Shown here piece after piece: positions 24,101-39,100 of a DNA stretch of 64,000 nucleotides. The stretch lies in contig NC_068983.1 in assembly GCF_001194135.2 (NCBI RefSeq), positions 124,037,742 to 124,101,741 of the forward strand. Reading direction: 5' to 3'. Made by a program: the position numbers and the translations under genes. The notes under the pieces were generated by a model, which was given only the letters and a program-made list of their open reading frames with translations, had not been told where the DNA came from and did not search any database. Positions within the stretch are counted from its first letter, which is position 1; every line of letters begins with the position of its first letter. Source of the stretch: Octopus bimaculoides (Eukaryota).

Positions 24101-27100
24101 GCCAAGGCTATGCAAGAGTGTTTGGGGGTCAAAGATGAATTTCTAGTTGAAGGACCCTTGGGTGCCCAAGTGGCCAGACCTCAAACCAATCAACTACAGC
24201 GTTTGTGTGCATGTCGAGAGCAAGGCCTGCAAAGTCCACGACAACAACGTTGACAAGCTTAAGTCTTCCATCAACCATGTATAGGCCAGCATGAGGAAGG
24301 ATGTTGTCCACAACGTACATGACGTTCAGGTCTCACCTGGAGCACATGCTCACCGCCAAGAGTAGCCACATTAATTAACATTAATATTTAAACACACATT
24401 TATATGTTAAAACAATAAAAGCATGCCTAACTGCAACTTCCTTATATTTTTATCCTGCCCTCATTATTGCTACAAGCAGCCATATTACCAATTGCATTAA
24501 TTTCCCCACATCACAAACATGCAAAGATCATAAGCACTTTCCCACTTCTAATTAAATAATAAAAATAGGAAAGATTAAAAAATTATGTAAAATACATGCC
24601 TTGCATTTCCATCCATTCTTTGGTGCTGCTGTCATCACAGGTTTTAAGCAAAATGTATGGTATCCTTTATCACAATTATCACAAAACAGCATTTTACTTT
24701 CCTCACCAGATTGTCTAGAAAAATACAATAAAAAAACACAAACATTTAATATAACTTCAAGCAATAGTCTGCACTCATTTCTAAAGCAATGCAAATTTGT
24801 TAAGTATTCCCTATATAAACATATTATTTTCCAATTAATACAAAGGACATCAACAACGTAGTACTTTGTATGAACAGCTATGGTGAAATTTCCAATTAAT
24901 CTTTTTAAAAAATTCTTTACAGTTTTAATTGCAAAGAAAATAAATTAAATTTTCTCTCTCAGTCATTCATTTACATAACATGGCACTAGAAAGAGGGAGG
25001 AATAAATGTTAAAATCATGAAAATAATAAAGAAACATCAATTATTGTACATCTCATAACTACATCACACATTTCTACCAGCATGTTAACACATGCACAAC
25101 AGAAAGAAAAGAAAAAAGAAGCCTGCTTTATATCCATGTTAATCTGATTTCTTAACAAAATTCACTCATGTATCTAACAGCAAAACTTTGAAGGGTATAA
25201 TTTCACAAAGGAAGTATAGAACTTAAATGTAAATATTACTAAATGCATTGAATTTTAGTATTTTCAGAATAGTAGAAATCACAAGACCTCCAACTTTAGT
25301 AGTTAAAAGTATAATCAATTACTGGGTTTGAAGGTAGGCGCAGCGTCCAGCAGGCACTCCAATGCTGGTGAGAACTGATGTTGTTAATGCTCAATTTAAA
25401 CTGTTGCAAGGTAACAATGAAGAGGAAAGACATAAGCAGGGAGTAAATTTCAGAGGGGGCAATGTTTTGAGAAAGAAGGAATAGGCAGAGTAGTTAGTGC
25501 AGGCTCTAGGTGGGTTGGACAGAACAAAGATGATTAGAGAAGAGTTAAGAGGGTTGGGAGTGCATAGGTGGAAGAGACACAAGATCAACCAACTCAGAGG
25601 AACAGTGGTCATTATAGTAATGATTACAAAAATGGTAGATAAAGGAGACAGAATGCCTGTGGACCAGAGACTGTGAATTTATGTGTGAGTGACTGTACTT
25701 ATTAACTGATAGGCCTTTTTCTGGTTGCAATTTAGGACATCTTTATGTCTAGCAGTAGTATTGTACCCAATGCAGAAACAAGAGTAAATACTCTATTATG
25801 GTCCTCACTTGAGCTTTGTTGAGTATCACAAATTGATGGAAGCAATTATCAGGGTGCAGTCCTAGCTAAATACAGTATGTACTTTTGCTAGAAGGAATCC
25901 TCAATGATAGCAAGGTTTAACACTTTGAACAACTGATTGCTCTAGTTTGAATGCAGCTCATATTTAATGGAGTGCAATGGGGTTTTATTAATAAGGGGCA
26001 TCATTAGATGTCACAGCAAGTATAATGATTAATGTATAGAAAGGAGGGAATGGAGGACAATAAGCCCAAAAGCATGACAGAGTTGACTGAAAGTGGAATG
26101 GAAAGAAGCTTTGTCAATACATCACAATGGTGCAATCTGATAGGAAGCTACTGATTCAAGAAATAAGAGATGAAGGGAGCCCATAAATGGGAAATTTCAA
26201 TAAAAGATTCACAAACCAAATACAGTTGAAAACTTTGCTCATGTCTAGAGCAACAACACTGTTTTTACCAAATGGGTGACATAATTAATGTCTGGCAAAC
26301 TGGGACTCAACATTTTCTCCTAACCAATGAAACACTCAATTTTTCATTCCACATATATTAAAGAAATAGAAAAGATTTGAAAAGTATTAACTTACTTGCA
26401 AGTAAGACATATTTTACATCTTGGACACTGCCACCCTGCTCGTACAGCAGGTTGAACTGCTACTGCTGGTTGTAAACAGTGGCCATGATAATGACCACCA
26501 CAAGTAGTGCAAAATAGCAAAGAACAATTGCCAGACCATTTGCCACATGTAATACAGAGAGCCTGTTGACCAGCTGTAAATGAAATATATGTATAATATC
26601 TGAATAATTTGTTAATGGAAGTAAAATTAAAAATTACGAACTCAATATCAAACATTTAGTTGTGAATAAACAAGAAAACTGAAAAAATCTGATGAAATTC
26701 TTACCAATGGTCTCTGCTTGGTCAGTGTGTTCTGGGCAGAGCAAAGACGGCCCTTTGATATCCTAAAATATTAAAAGTACATACAATAACACTTTTATGA
26801 GAATTTGACCATGCAAAATATCTATAGGATCAGATATTTAAGTTCACAAATAAACTAAATAAAACATTACAAAATGAACATTTAATCACAAATAACACTA
26901 TATTCAAAATACCTTCACTTAATACTAATGTTACCAGTTGAGAACTAAAATATAACCTTAAATAACAAGAAAAACATTTCATATTAGTTAAGCCTATTTT
27001 AAAAAAGAATTCAAAATTTGTCTTAAGTATACAAAAGATTTAATTGAATTTAACAATATTTTTAAATATTGGTCTTAAATTTTGCACAAGGCCAGCAATT

Positions 27101-30100
27101 TTGGGGGTGGAAGTCAATTATATCAACCCCAGTGCTCAACTGGTACTTATTTTATCAATCCTAAAAGAGTGAAAGGTAAAAGTTGACCTTGGCAGAATTT
27201 GAAGTTAGAACATAAAGATAGACGAAATACTGCTAAGCATTTTGCCTGGCATGGTAACAATTCTACCAGCTCCACCACCTTGTCTCAAAAGATATATTCA
27301 AATAACTGACTTACTTGAAAACATCCACTGCTAGCTGCACATGGATAATGATATTTTTTCGTACAACGAGGAATTCTGCAAGTTATTGTTGCGCCGTATC
27401 GATGACAGTAACTGCATTTCTGTAAAATTTGTTTTTAAAATGAACATATGCTATAAATTGTCTAAATAATATTCACAAATTAGTTTCAACATCTAGTTTT
27501 CCCATTCCAACTCTTCCAAAAACTGAATAAACTCAGAAGCTGAAAATGTTGCCATTTTTAATCTAAATCAAGAAATCTACCCTTCTGTTCATGTCTTTAA
27601 CTTGTTCTTTATTTTTCAATTCAAGATTCACTCACTACACAGAAATTACAATACATATACTCTTTTACTTGTTTCAGTCATTTGACTGCGGCCATGCTGG
27701 AGCACCGCCTTTAGTCGAACAAATCAACCCCGGGACTTATTCTTTGTAAGCCTAGTACTTATTCTATCGGTATCTTTTGCCAAACCGCTAAGTGACGGGG
27801 ACATAAACACACCACCATCGGTTGTCAAGCAATGCTAGGGGGGTGGCGTTAGGAAGGGCATCCAGCTGTAGAAACTCTGCCAAATCAGACTGGAGCCTGG
27901 TGTTGCCATCCGGTTTCACCAGTCCTCAGTCAAATCGTCCAACCCATGCTAGCATGGAAAGCGGACGTTAAACGATGATGAAGATGATGATGATGATATA
28001 TACATATATACGACAGGCTTCTTTCAGTTTCCGTCTACCAAATCCACTCACAAGGCTTTGATCGGCCCGAGGCTATAGTAGAAGACACTTGCCCAAGATG
28101 CCACGCAGTGGGACTGAACCCGAAACCATGTGGTTGGTAAGTAAGCTTCTTACAACACAGCCACTCCTGCACTCATAATTCTATGAGAACTGCCACAACA
28201 ACAATCTACACACTACAAGCATGAGCCAACAAGTAAGCCTCTACATATTCACTTGACCTTGTAGAAATAGAAGCCAAATTTTCCTCAAACAAAATTCTAT
28301 ATCTTAACAAAAAGGACACATTTCCCATAAAAGATTATAACGAATGGAATGCCCTTGTTCATAGGTCTACTCAATCAGAGCTGACATTAGGTTAAAAACA
28401 ATAACAATTAATTACCAACAACCATTAAATAATTTACAAGAGGGTTTGCTAAATAAAAACATACTACAAACAGAACGCTTTCAACCAAAACCGGTATATC
28501 TTGTACTTCTTACTCTTCTCTCCATATACTCCAGACTTTTCTTACAGTTTAGACACATGGCCACAAGTTACAATAATTCCTTTAGCAGCTAAAGTCCCAC
28601 AAATCAATGGATCCTGGCAGTATTTCAGCCATTATGAAATAGTATACTCCCAAGTTGACTCTTAAACTCACTATGCTTTTTTTAGAATTTCTTTCTCTTA
28701 AGAATTTAATGTAAAATATGAAAGCATATTCATTAAAAAATCTAATAAAGTTGCCTGCTCTCAGTTTCCATCTAAATTGTGAACTATTTGTCAAGTTGTT
28801 CTATTGCAGCATGTGCTGATGAAAATCTTTGACTACACCTCATTTACCTGGTTGTACTTCAGCTCCATCATTTCTTTATCATTCCTAAAACAGATACCAA
28901 CACACTTTATAATCTCTAACTATACACACTCATACATAAATAACCACATGCTACAGCTCACTTTCAGCCAACCCCAACCACCTTCATAACACACTATTTT
29001 ACCCCTATGTATTTCTGATCTCCCCTGTCACCATACTTTCCTCTCACACCATCCCACATTATCTCTACTGCCATCTATTATATAACACAGTCTACAAAGA
29101 TTTATTATATGGGGAAATAGCAGTGGTCATAATTTTTTTTTTATAAATCAATTTTCAAATGCTAATTAATATCTCTGTACCTACAAAGGTTAATTACATT
29201 GAATCATAGCACAAAAAAGGTTTCAAATCATAATACACAACTTAATCGCAAACCATAGTTCAACTCATTATGTCAGTTTTTCAAATCTTTAATATCTCAC
29301 CCTCTGCTTCTGGCCTTTACAGCTCAATTACTTTATATATGGCATCTCTGCTTGTTAAGATGCTTCATGTTTCATATACAACTAGTTGTATAGCTTATAG
29401 TGGTTTTCAAAACAATATTTTAAATTATACATATTTTTCAAATGATTTAACACAATATTTAGAATTTCAATGTAATTTTAAATAGAAATTGTCAATGATT
29501 TTTAAAAGAAAAAATTACAAAATGACTTACCTGTGTCAAACCGGCAAAAACAGCTCTATCAACAAACTGCAAGCTATCATCATCTCTCATTGTTACACCC
29601 TCAGACCAACATGCACAAGACTGATGACCCCATACATGTCCTGAATTAAATAAAAGACAATTGCATCAAAATATAGCTGATACTTAATAAAAATCATATT
29701 GAAAACATATTTTTTCATACAGCTTCACCACCTACATTTATTGCTATCTTTCAATCTCTTACATTACTCTTTTCTCAATTTCCTTTTGTTGGCATATCAC
29801 TTTCCCAAAATTCCAATATTATTTTCCCCAATCTTGTCCCCTTCACCCATCACTCCACTTAAGCTATTTTTTTCTATTAAATCTCTCTATCAACAGTCAC
29901 TATGTAATTACCCATCACTGTTTTTCTACCATTACTCCTCTCCTACATTTACATTATTATCACTGTTCCTCCCATCATAGCCATACTCAAAACTCCTTTC
30001 ATACTCTCATTCTACTTCACTATATGCCATCATCCTCTCTTCTATTCACCCACTTAGTAATATCTGCCTTGAACAAATGGCAAAAATGTAAAGTAAAGAG

Positions 30101-33100
30101 GACTTTTAGCCCTGCACACAACAAAGTAACCTTCTTAGTGCCAATGCTATAATAAAGTATACTCAGTACGCTCTACAATTTGGTTGGCAAACAGAGACAA
30201 TGTTGCATCAAAAGGATTCTTTTGTCATACTGAGGACATGATAACCTCTTCAATGCTAGTGATGTAATAAAATGCACCTAGTACATTCTGTAAAGTAACT
30301 GATGTTAAGAAGAACATCTAGCCACAGAAACCACACCAAAAATGGAATGTACTATCAAGATGGTTCATCACACACCTAGGAGGACAGTAACTCCAAATGA
30401 AAACTGACTTAGAATGTAATAATCCATGCCAAGAAGGTAAATGAAGAATGTCAAAAGGTGGTGGAGGTGATGAAGATTTTTCTATCAAATTATTGAAAAT
30501 ACTAACATAAATCATAAGAAAACATTTTTACAGATTTAAATCATACTACACTAGCCATGCTAGCCAAGAAAAAGGGATTATAAACAGTAAAAGAAAGATA
30601 AACCATACACCTTTGATGTTTATGAACTTTTAATTCACAATCAATCACAGTTAAAAAGGACAATGCTCAACACATCTCCAATAGCTGCAGATCCTTCTAC
30701 TTCAGGAGAATATGTTATTACAGTTGTTTTGTATCAATAACCTAAACAAATAAATTTGTTTGCAAGTTGCCTGCTTTAATATATTTTAAAACTTCTGGCT
30801 ATCTCATTGCTCTTATAATATCAGCTATTTTATATGACCAGCTTGTTGAAAAGCAGTACACAAAATACCAAACAAAATTTTTTTTATGAAATTCACAAAG
30901 AAATACTAAAAAAAAAAAAATTCAATTAAGTTACCTGTTATTTCATAAACCTGATGCACATCTACATCTTCTGAATGACCAACCAAACTAAGTTCATCAA
31001 CAATTGCCATGGGCCGTCCATCTTCATCGTGAATACTATGAGGATTTGGACGTCGTGGAGATTTACTTCGCTCTCTACAATCACAAAATTACATTGATAC
31101 ATTTCCGTTAAATCAAATACTTTATAAAAATAAATAGAAAAAAACTAAATTTTTATATAAGAAAATAGTCACAGTTTAATAATGATTAAGTATTAACAAA
31201 GAAACAAATGTTTATACATCCTCATGAAGGAGAATATACTTAGAACTCAATTATTAAGTAAGTCATTTGTCAAAACAAAAATTTAAGTCTGTCTGAAAAC
31301 TACAGGATCATGTGGTGGAGCAGCTCCCAGTTTCTCAGATGTTTAAGCAACTAAGGTTCCTCCAGAATGGGACACCAGTCCACTGCAAGATTAAACAACC
31401 CCCTCCCCAGCTACTGCTGGAGTACACTTTGGCTGAAGAGACTGGAGGTTGCTCAAGGAGACAACATGCCACTCAATCTGGGAATCAAGCTGATGACTTT
31501 ACAAACATGAATGAGCTTAACACCCAAACCACACCTTAAGCTTAATTATGAACAATAGATATTACCTAGCAGGTCTAGATGGGCCTCTAGGTCTTCTCCA
31601 TGTTAAGTGCTTTGGATTTCTGTCGTTTCCTTTTTCATCAATTTCTGAAGATGTTCTCCTTGCTCGCTGAAGTATCCGCTTGAAAGGATTAAATCCAGGG
31701 GTTGGGTCATATTTTGACAATATTCCTTGACCAAGTAAGCTATTTTCACCACAGTTACAAAAGGAGCATGTACGACTATTACTGTAAAATGAAAAGAATC
31801 AAAGAAAATTAATTCACAAGATGTTTAATTCAAAAATTTACATATGGAATGAAACTATATAATTTTACTTCATTAAAAACAAAAATACTAGTGATATCAC
31901 AGCATGAATACTAATAACCTATTCAAATTAGAATATGTATTTAAAAAAAAACACTTAAACATACGTGTTTTAATTTATCGCATTTTCCAGCATACAAGTC
32001 CATTTCTCAGACCCAAATTTACAGCCAAAAAGTAGGTCAACTTATACATCAAGACAACTTTAGGGGACCAAGCAGGATTTGGAAAGAAGGTGATAATGTT
32101 TCAATGTTTACAGTACGTTTATTTTCACACTATATACTAGATCGATGAGTATGCCAGAAAATACGATATTTATATTGAACATATGAAAAATTACCTTAAA
32201 ATTCCACTTGAATTCGAATCTTCAGAAAGTTGCCTGTCAGAAGACTGAATAATGCTGTTATCAATAGCCTCAACACAAGGATTATCTAGAAGCATTAAGA
32301 AAAAAATGTTTTTTCAATTACTATGTATGTTGTTGTTAGTTTTTTTCAGGCATCATCCACTCAACTGAATCTTTCACTAGTATAGTTCCTTTATCCAAAA
32401 TACATATATGAGCACAGATGAGAATAAAGTAATAGCAACAAAAATTCCATTACAAATTGAGCATATATATTTTTAAAAAAGCAATTTCCTATAATAGTGT
32501 AGCTCTTTCTATATCAAGTATACATGGTGAAGAAAAATAGCAACTGTTCCTTATCATTGAGTATATTAATTTCTTTTGACTTATCTCAATAAATCAAAAT
32601 TAAAGGAGAAAGCGTAAATGAATGTTGTAATATCTAGGCATTTCCTGAAGACAATGTAGCATAAGTAAAATGAAACAACCACAGCTGGGAATCAAAAGTA
32701 AATCATATAACATTTTACACTAGAGTAACAGGAAATAGTATTCAACAGTTTTCTTGATTCTTGGATATTAAAATATTACCAAAGTTTTGAAATTGCTGAA
32801 ATGAATGTACAAATAGTGATGAACATGTACAAGCAAGAGATGGAAACCTATCCAAGAAATACATATCTAACTGTTGCAGTAATTATATTTTCTGATGATA
32901 GCAGTTTTCAACAATGGATTGGTCACTAAAGAACAGTAATCAGCAAAACAATAAATTAATATTTGCTGCCTTTCTACAGATGAACTTTCTTCTGTGGCTT
33001 TTCAAGTTAAAAAAATTGCTGTTGAAACAAAATTGTAAGTTCACCCAACGACAGTTGAATCAAGCAGTGCTAGAACTGTTTGATAAGACCTAGCCTAAAA

Positions 33101-36100
33101 ATTCAGTCTAATTTGAGATAACTGAACTTCAGGGCAAACATAAATTATTTCAATCATTTTATTCTGCATCATATTAGGAAAGTACTTCCCACAAGACATT
33201 GATGGAGACAGTTTCAAAGGATTTGGCTAATAAATGTTAGTCTTGCAAATACTGTAATGTAAATATTCTGCTAAATTACTGCCTAAGTTAATGAAACCTC
33301 AAAAATAAAGCATGACTGATGACTCAAAACAAAAGATGGGGGGGGGGGAATAATTGGTTAATTTAAATCACTATCAACAGAAGATACAAATTTTCAATCA
33401 AGAAATGCAGTAAAAATGAATAAAACAAAACTAAATACTATTTTTCTAAACAATTAAGATCATTAATAAAAAATTACCTCCAGATGGTGTTTCTGATAAT
33501 TCTGTCTCAGTTGATTCATCAGCAAGGATATCAAGAATTGAACTTGGGATAGCTTCAGTTGTTGTAGGAATAGTAGTAGATAAACTCATAGTTGTAGAGT
33601 CTTGAAGTTTGAACACGGATGCATCAACACTTTCAGTAGGTATATCCATTGCAATATCGGGACTGAAACTCTCAACAACAGGGTTATATTTGGGTTTACG
33701 TCCAGTTTTTACTCTCCTGAAAATTCAATAAAAACTCTATATATATTTTCCTTATATATGTAAAAAATATACAGGAAATATCTAAAATTTGTCAGAATTT
33801 TTCAAATTATATTAACTTTTTACATGCTTGTCATTTTAAAAAATCCATATATAATTAGAGATTTTGAATTCTAATACATTATCTAAACAAAATTGTCCAT
33901 TACATATTCAAATATTATACTATATTAGTTTTAAGACTATATCAGAAACAAAAATAAATTGACAAGTTACAGTTTTCTTTTTTCAATTCATAAATTTCTC
34001 AACAACAAATATGGATATTATTTAATTGAAATAGGGTTCAATATTTGTTGAACCCATGATACAGCATAATGTTGAGTGTAGAAATAGTGAAATAACTAAA
34101 AATTTTCTGTTAACAATTCTTTTAAACAGGAAAATGAAGAGATCAATCAAATCAGAAATGGCCATTATCAAATATTAAAACTATAAAATATTTGTATATA
34201 CTTTCTATTTTATTCGTTACTATTCATAAACAATTTTGAAAAGACCACTCACGTTTTTTTCTTAACTAAATGTGATGGGGTTCCAACCGATTCTTTTCTA
34301 GGCCTGCCTGGTCCTCGCTTCTGTTGAATTCCACCAATATTTTCATTCAAATCCCCAGCAGTACTCGACTGAGAAGAATCCATTGTTGCAGAAGACAGTA
34401 AGCCCTCAGCTTCCAAAAACATATTTGGAGAAGATTGCAATTCACTATCAGATTTATTCTGTGAGTCATCAAAATATGTACTCCTATCAACAAAACTACT
34501 TGTTTTACTTTCTTTGGCATCCATGTTCTCGTCATATTTTAATTCAGCTTGTTCTAAAGAAAGTTGTTGCAGTAATACTGATTGGGATTTGGGAGATGTA
34601 GTTTGTTCTAAGGAAGATACAGAATGAGCTTGAGTAGATCTGCATGAAGAGAGGTTTTGCTCATTTGATGCCTCATTATCAGGTTCCCAATCCATTTCTT
34701 GTGATAGGGACTGTTCTGACAAAGGATGACTCGAAGAAGATTCTGAGCATTTTGGAGACTGGTCAATTTGCAATTGTCTTCTTTCTGGTTTCTGTTGCTT
34801 AGAGCTTTCAAACTCATATTGTAATTCTTGAAATCGTTCAGTAAGAGGACTTTCTGAAACACAATGTAGATTCGAGTTTTCTGTAGAAACACTTCCTTTT
34901 GTTAATTCATTGACATCTGATTTTTCTCTCTGCTGCAGTAGAAGATTCTGATCAAAGTTATTATCCACATCAGATTTTGTTTCAGATTCTACTATAAATT
35001 CCTGATTCAAATGAGTATCTTTCTTTCCTAAGTCTTGTACTTCTTCATTTAATGTTAGTCCAGCTGTTAGAATCTCTGCTCCTGGGGAAGATTTTTCATT
35101 ATCTGTTGATTGACCTGACATTTCAATAGACTGAACTGAATGCAAGTCTTGTTTTGTGCTACATCCAGATACTAACTCTGATTTATTAGCTATAATAAAT
35201 TGTTCCTGTTCAGTTGTTTCACTACTAGCAATTTCTGGTTTCATTTCCTGAGCATGTAATTCAGATGCAGAACCTGAAATAGATTCTACATCTGATTTTT
35301 CAGAAGAAACTAAATGCAAGTTTGTACTCACAAATGAAACAGATCGTATCTCTGATTCTTGAGTATCAACTGATTGTATTTCAGACCAAGTTGATTGTTG
35401 GGTAAGCTCAGATGCTGGAAGAGATTCAAGCTGTATCTCAACTGCTGAGACAGTTTGTACTTCAGTATCTGTAGATGGTTTACTCAATGACACACTGAAC
35501 TGAGGAGCATTTTGTTCTGATTCAGTAACTTGATATAGTACCATCTCTTTTTCTTCTTGTGCCTCATGGAAAAATTTCCCTTCTTCGATTTGTTGATCAC
35601 TCATTCCTATTGAGAGTGTTTCTGGAAGAGTTACTGAAACTACATCTTGCTTAACTGTTTGGAAAGTATAAAATCGTTGATCTTGTTCAGTTGTTAGTGG
35701 ATGATTGCCAAGATTTTCTTCAGTAGAAACCTGTGGCTCTTCAACTGATAATGCACTTTGTTGCTCAGAATCTGTTTCAGAAAAGAGGGTTTGAGTTATT
35801 TCAGAATGTTGTTCGTGTTCTGGTACAGGCTGTTCAACTTTAAGATCAGATGCAGTGTGTAAAGACTGCCTTTGTTTAAATTCTGATAGAGAACCTATGT
35901 GCTGATTTTCTGTTTCATTTTGATGTTCATTTTCTGGAAGTTGTTTCTCTACTTCTGATTTTGTACATAATTCTACAGCCTGATTGGTTTCTGACTCTGA
36001 ATTTTGTTGCACAGATGACACAATTTGCTCTTGCTGTTTTATCAACTCTGAAAGTGTTTGTGATTTTTCCTGTTGATTTTGCTCTAAAGATTCTGAAAAG

Positions 36101-39100
36101 GTTTGTTGATCTGATTCTATTATATTTTGCTGCTGAGAATCAATATCAGAAACAACTGCCTGTAGCTGCTCAGTTTCTACAATTGGTTCCTTCTGATCAC
36201 ATTTTAACACCATTTCCTGTGACTGCTCCATTTCTGATATCTCTGCTACTTCATAATTAGGCATAATTTCTTGTTGCAGTTGCTCACTATTAGATACCAT
36301 TTCTTGCAACTGGTCATTTTCCAACAACATTTGCTGCTGCTCAACTTCTGACACTGTTACTTGCATTTGAACAGCTTCAGATGGCAATTGCTGCTGCTGC
36401 TGCTGCTGTTCAACTTCAGATACTATATGTTGTTGCTGTTCAACTTCAGATACCAGCTGATGCTGCTCTGGTGCAGATTCAGACAAGTGTTGCTGCTTGT
36501 ATTCAACTTCAGCCATTGCCTGTTGCTGCTCAACTTCAGACACCATTTCTTGCAGCTGCTGCTGATGCTTAATTCTAGATACCATCTCTTGCAACTGCAT
36601 AGCTTCCGGTATTTGCTGCTGAAGATCACTTACCATCTCCTGTAAATGTTCGACTTCAGACACATCTTGCAACTGCACGGTGTCAGATATGTGCTGTTGC
36701 TGGTCAACTTCAGAAACTTGCTGCTGCTCAACTTCAGAAACCAGCTCTTCATGCTGCTCCTCAATTTCAGAAATTATCTCCTGTGGTTGCTGTTCAACTT
36801 GAGAAACCATCTGTTGCTCTATTTCTAATATTACATGAGCCTGTTTCTCTTCATTCACTATCTGCTGTTTCTTGTCACTTTCAGATATCATATGAGGCTG
36901 CTCGACTTCTGAAACTATATGGTGTGATTGCAAAATCTCATGCATCTGCTCATTAGCTGGTGATTGTTGTGATGACACAATTTGCTGGTGCACACCTTCA
37001 CTCATCTGCTGTTGCTGCTGCTGCTGCTGCTCTCCTTCAGACAATACATACTGTTGTTGCTGAGGAACTTCTTCAGACAAAATCTGCTGTTGTGGAACTT
37101 CTTCAGATAAAATCTGTTGCTGTTGCTCACCTTCGCACACTATCTGTTGTAAATGAACCTCACCATCACAAACAATCTGTTGAAACTGCTGCTCACTTTC
37201 ACACACAATACTCTGCTGCTGATAACCTTGGAACCTAATTTCTTGATCAGATATTTCAGATGCAATTTCCTGTTGTTGCTCATCGATACATAACATCTCC
37301 TGTTGGTTGTCACTTTCAGAAACAACTGATTCAATTTCTTGTTGTTTGTTTTCAGACACTTCTTGTTGCAATTCACTTTGGGATATAATTTTCACTGGTT
37401 CTCCTGAAACAATTTCCACTTGCTGTTGTTTAATATTCTCAGATAATATCTGTTCTTGAGGCATATCATCAATCCCTACTAATTGCTGACTATTATTTTC
37501 TGATAATATTTGAGGTTGCTGACCTGGTGTGGTAACAATTTGTTGCAACACACTTTCCATAACAATTTCTTGCTGTTGAACAATTTGTTGCTGTTCAGCT
37601 TCAAGCACAATCTCTGGTTGCTGTTGTTCAGTTTCCAATACAGTTGGCTCAGCTTCTGATACAGTTGCATCAGCTTCTGATAGATCCTGCTCTGCTGTTG
37701 AGATTTCCAATTGATCAGGTAAAATTCCCACATGCTGTTCAGATGTAGACACAATCTGTTGTTGATCTGATTTAGATATAAGTTGAGCTTTTTGATGATG
37801 TCCAGATTCCAACAAAATTGGTTGTTGCTGAGTAAATGTAGATTCTGACACAACTTGTAATACTTCCTCTGATTCTGTCAGAATAGGTTGCCATTGTTCA
37901 TACTTTGGCGAAGTCTTCTGTTGTTGCCCTTCTTTACATATAAACTCTGATTGTTCATCAGGTTCATAATTTTGCTGCTTTTCATCAAACTGTTGTAGCT
38001 CCTGCTCTGGCTCAGGTATAAACTGTGTTTGTTCAGGAATAAAGTGCACTTGCTGTTCTTCAATATCTGGAATAAACTGTGTCTCATGCTCTGCATGAGG
38101 TATAAACTGTAATTGCTCATGTGAAGTTAAATGAGATGGTATCTCTTCTGATACACAGTGCAGTTGCTCTTCTGTGATAGCTGGTTGCTGTTCTTCTGAT
38201 ACATATTGCTCATGTTGTTCTTGCAATTCAAACTGCATGTGTTTTTCAGATGAAAATTCTGTTGTTTGATCTCCAGACTCAAACTCATTTTGCTGATCAT
38301 GAGAGGCAAATTGCACTTGCTGCTCCTCGGAAATAAACTCAACTTGCTGCTCTTCAGAGATGAACTCAACTTGCTGCTCCTCAGAAATGAACTCAACTTG
38401 CTGCTCCTCAGAAATGAACTCAACTTGCTGCTCTTCTTGTAGTTGTAAGAACTGCACATGTTGCTCATTAGGTATTTGCACAAACTCCATTTGTGGTTCC
38501 TCAGAGATTGTCTCAAATTGCATTTGCTCTTCTTCAGATATTGACTGAATTTGTACTTCTTGAGCTTCAGACTCTGCACCCACAAACTGAGGGATTTGTT
38601 CAGTTTCTGTGGCAAGTTGGGGTAACACTTTTGATGGAGATTGTTCTTCAGAAACCAATGCCAACTGTACTTGCTCATCTGGCACAAAGTTCTTCTGTTG
38701 TTGCTCTGATTCAAGAATGATTGCTTCTTTCTTTGTAGATGTTGCATATTTCTTCTCTTCCTCTTGAAGTTGCTCTTTAGGTACAAATTGTTGTAGATGT
38801 ATAGAATCTTGTAATGTTTGCTGCTGGATTGACTTTTGTATAATGATTTCTGGTAGAATCTGCTGCGAGTCTGAAATTTGTTGCCATTCAGCTGTACATC
38901 TATCTTGCTTGATTTCTTGTCCAGATTCTGGTGTAGAAGAAACCATATGAGTAGATTCTGATTCAACATATTGTGGTTGTTCCGTTTCTGGGTTAATAGT
39001 CTGTTCATATTCATGATCATAATGGGAAACTTGTGTTTGTTCAAATTCTGCCACAGGTATTTGCTGCTGGTTTGAATCTGAATCAAGACTTGGTAAGTGT

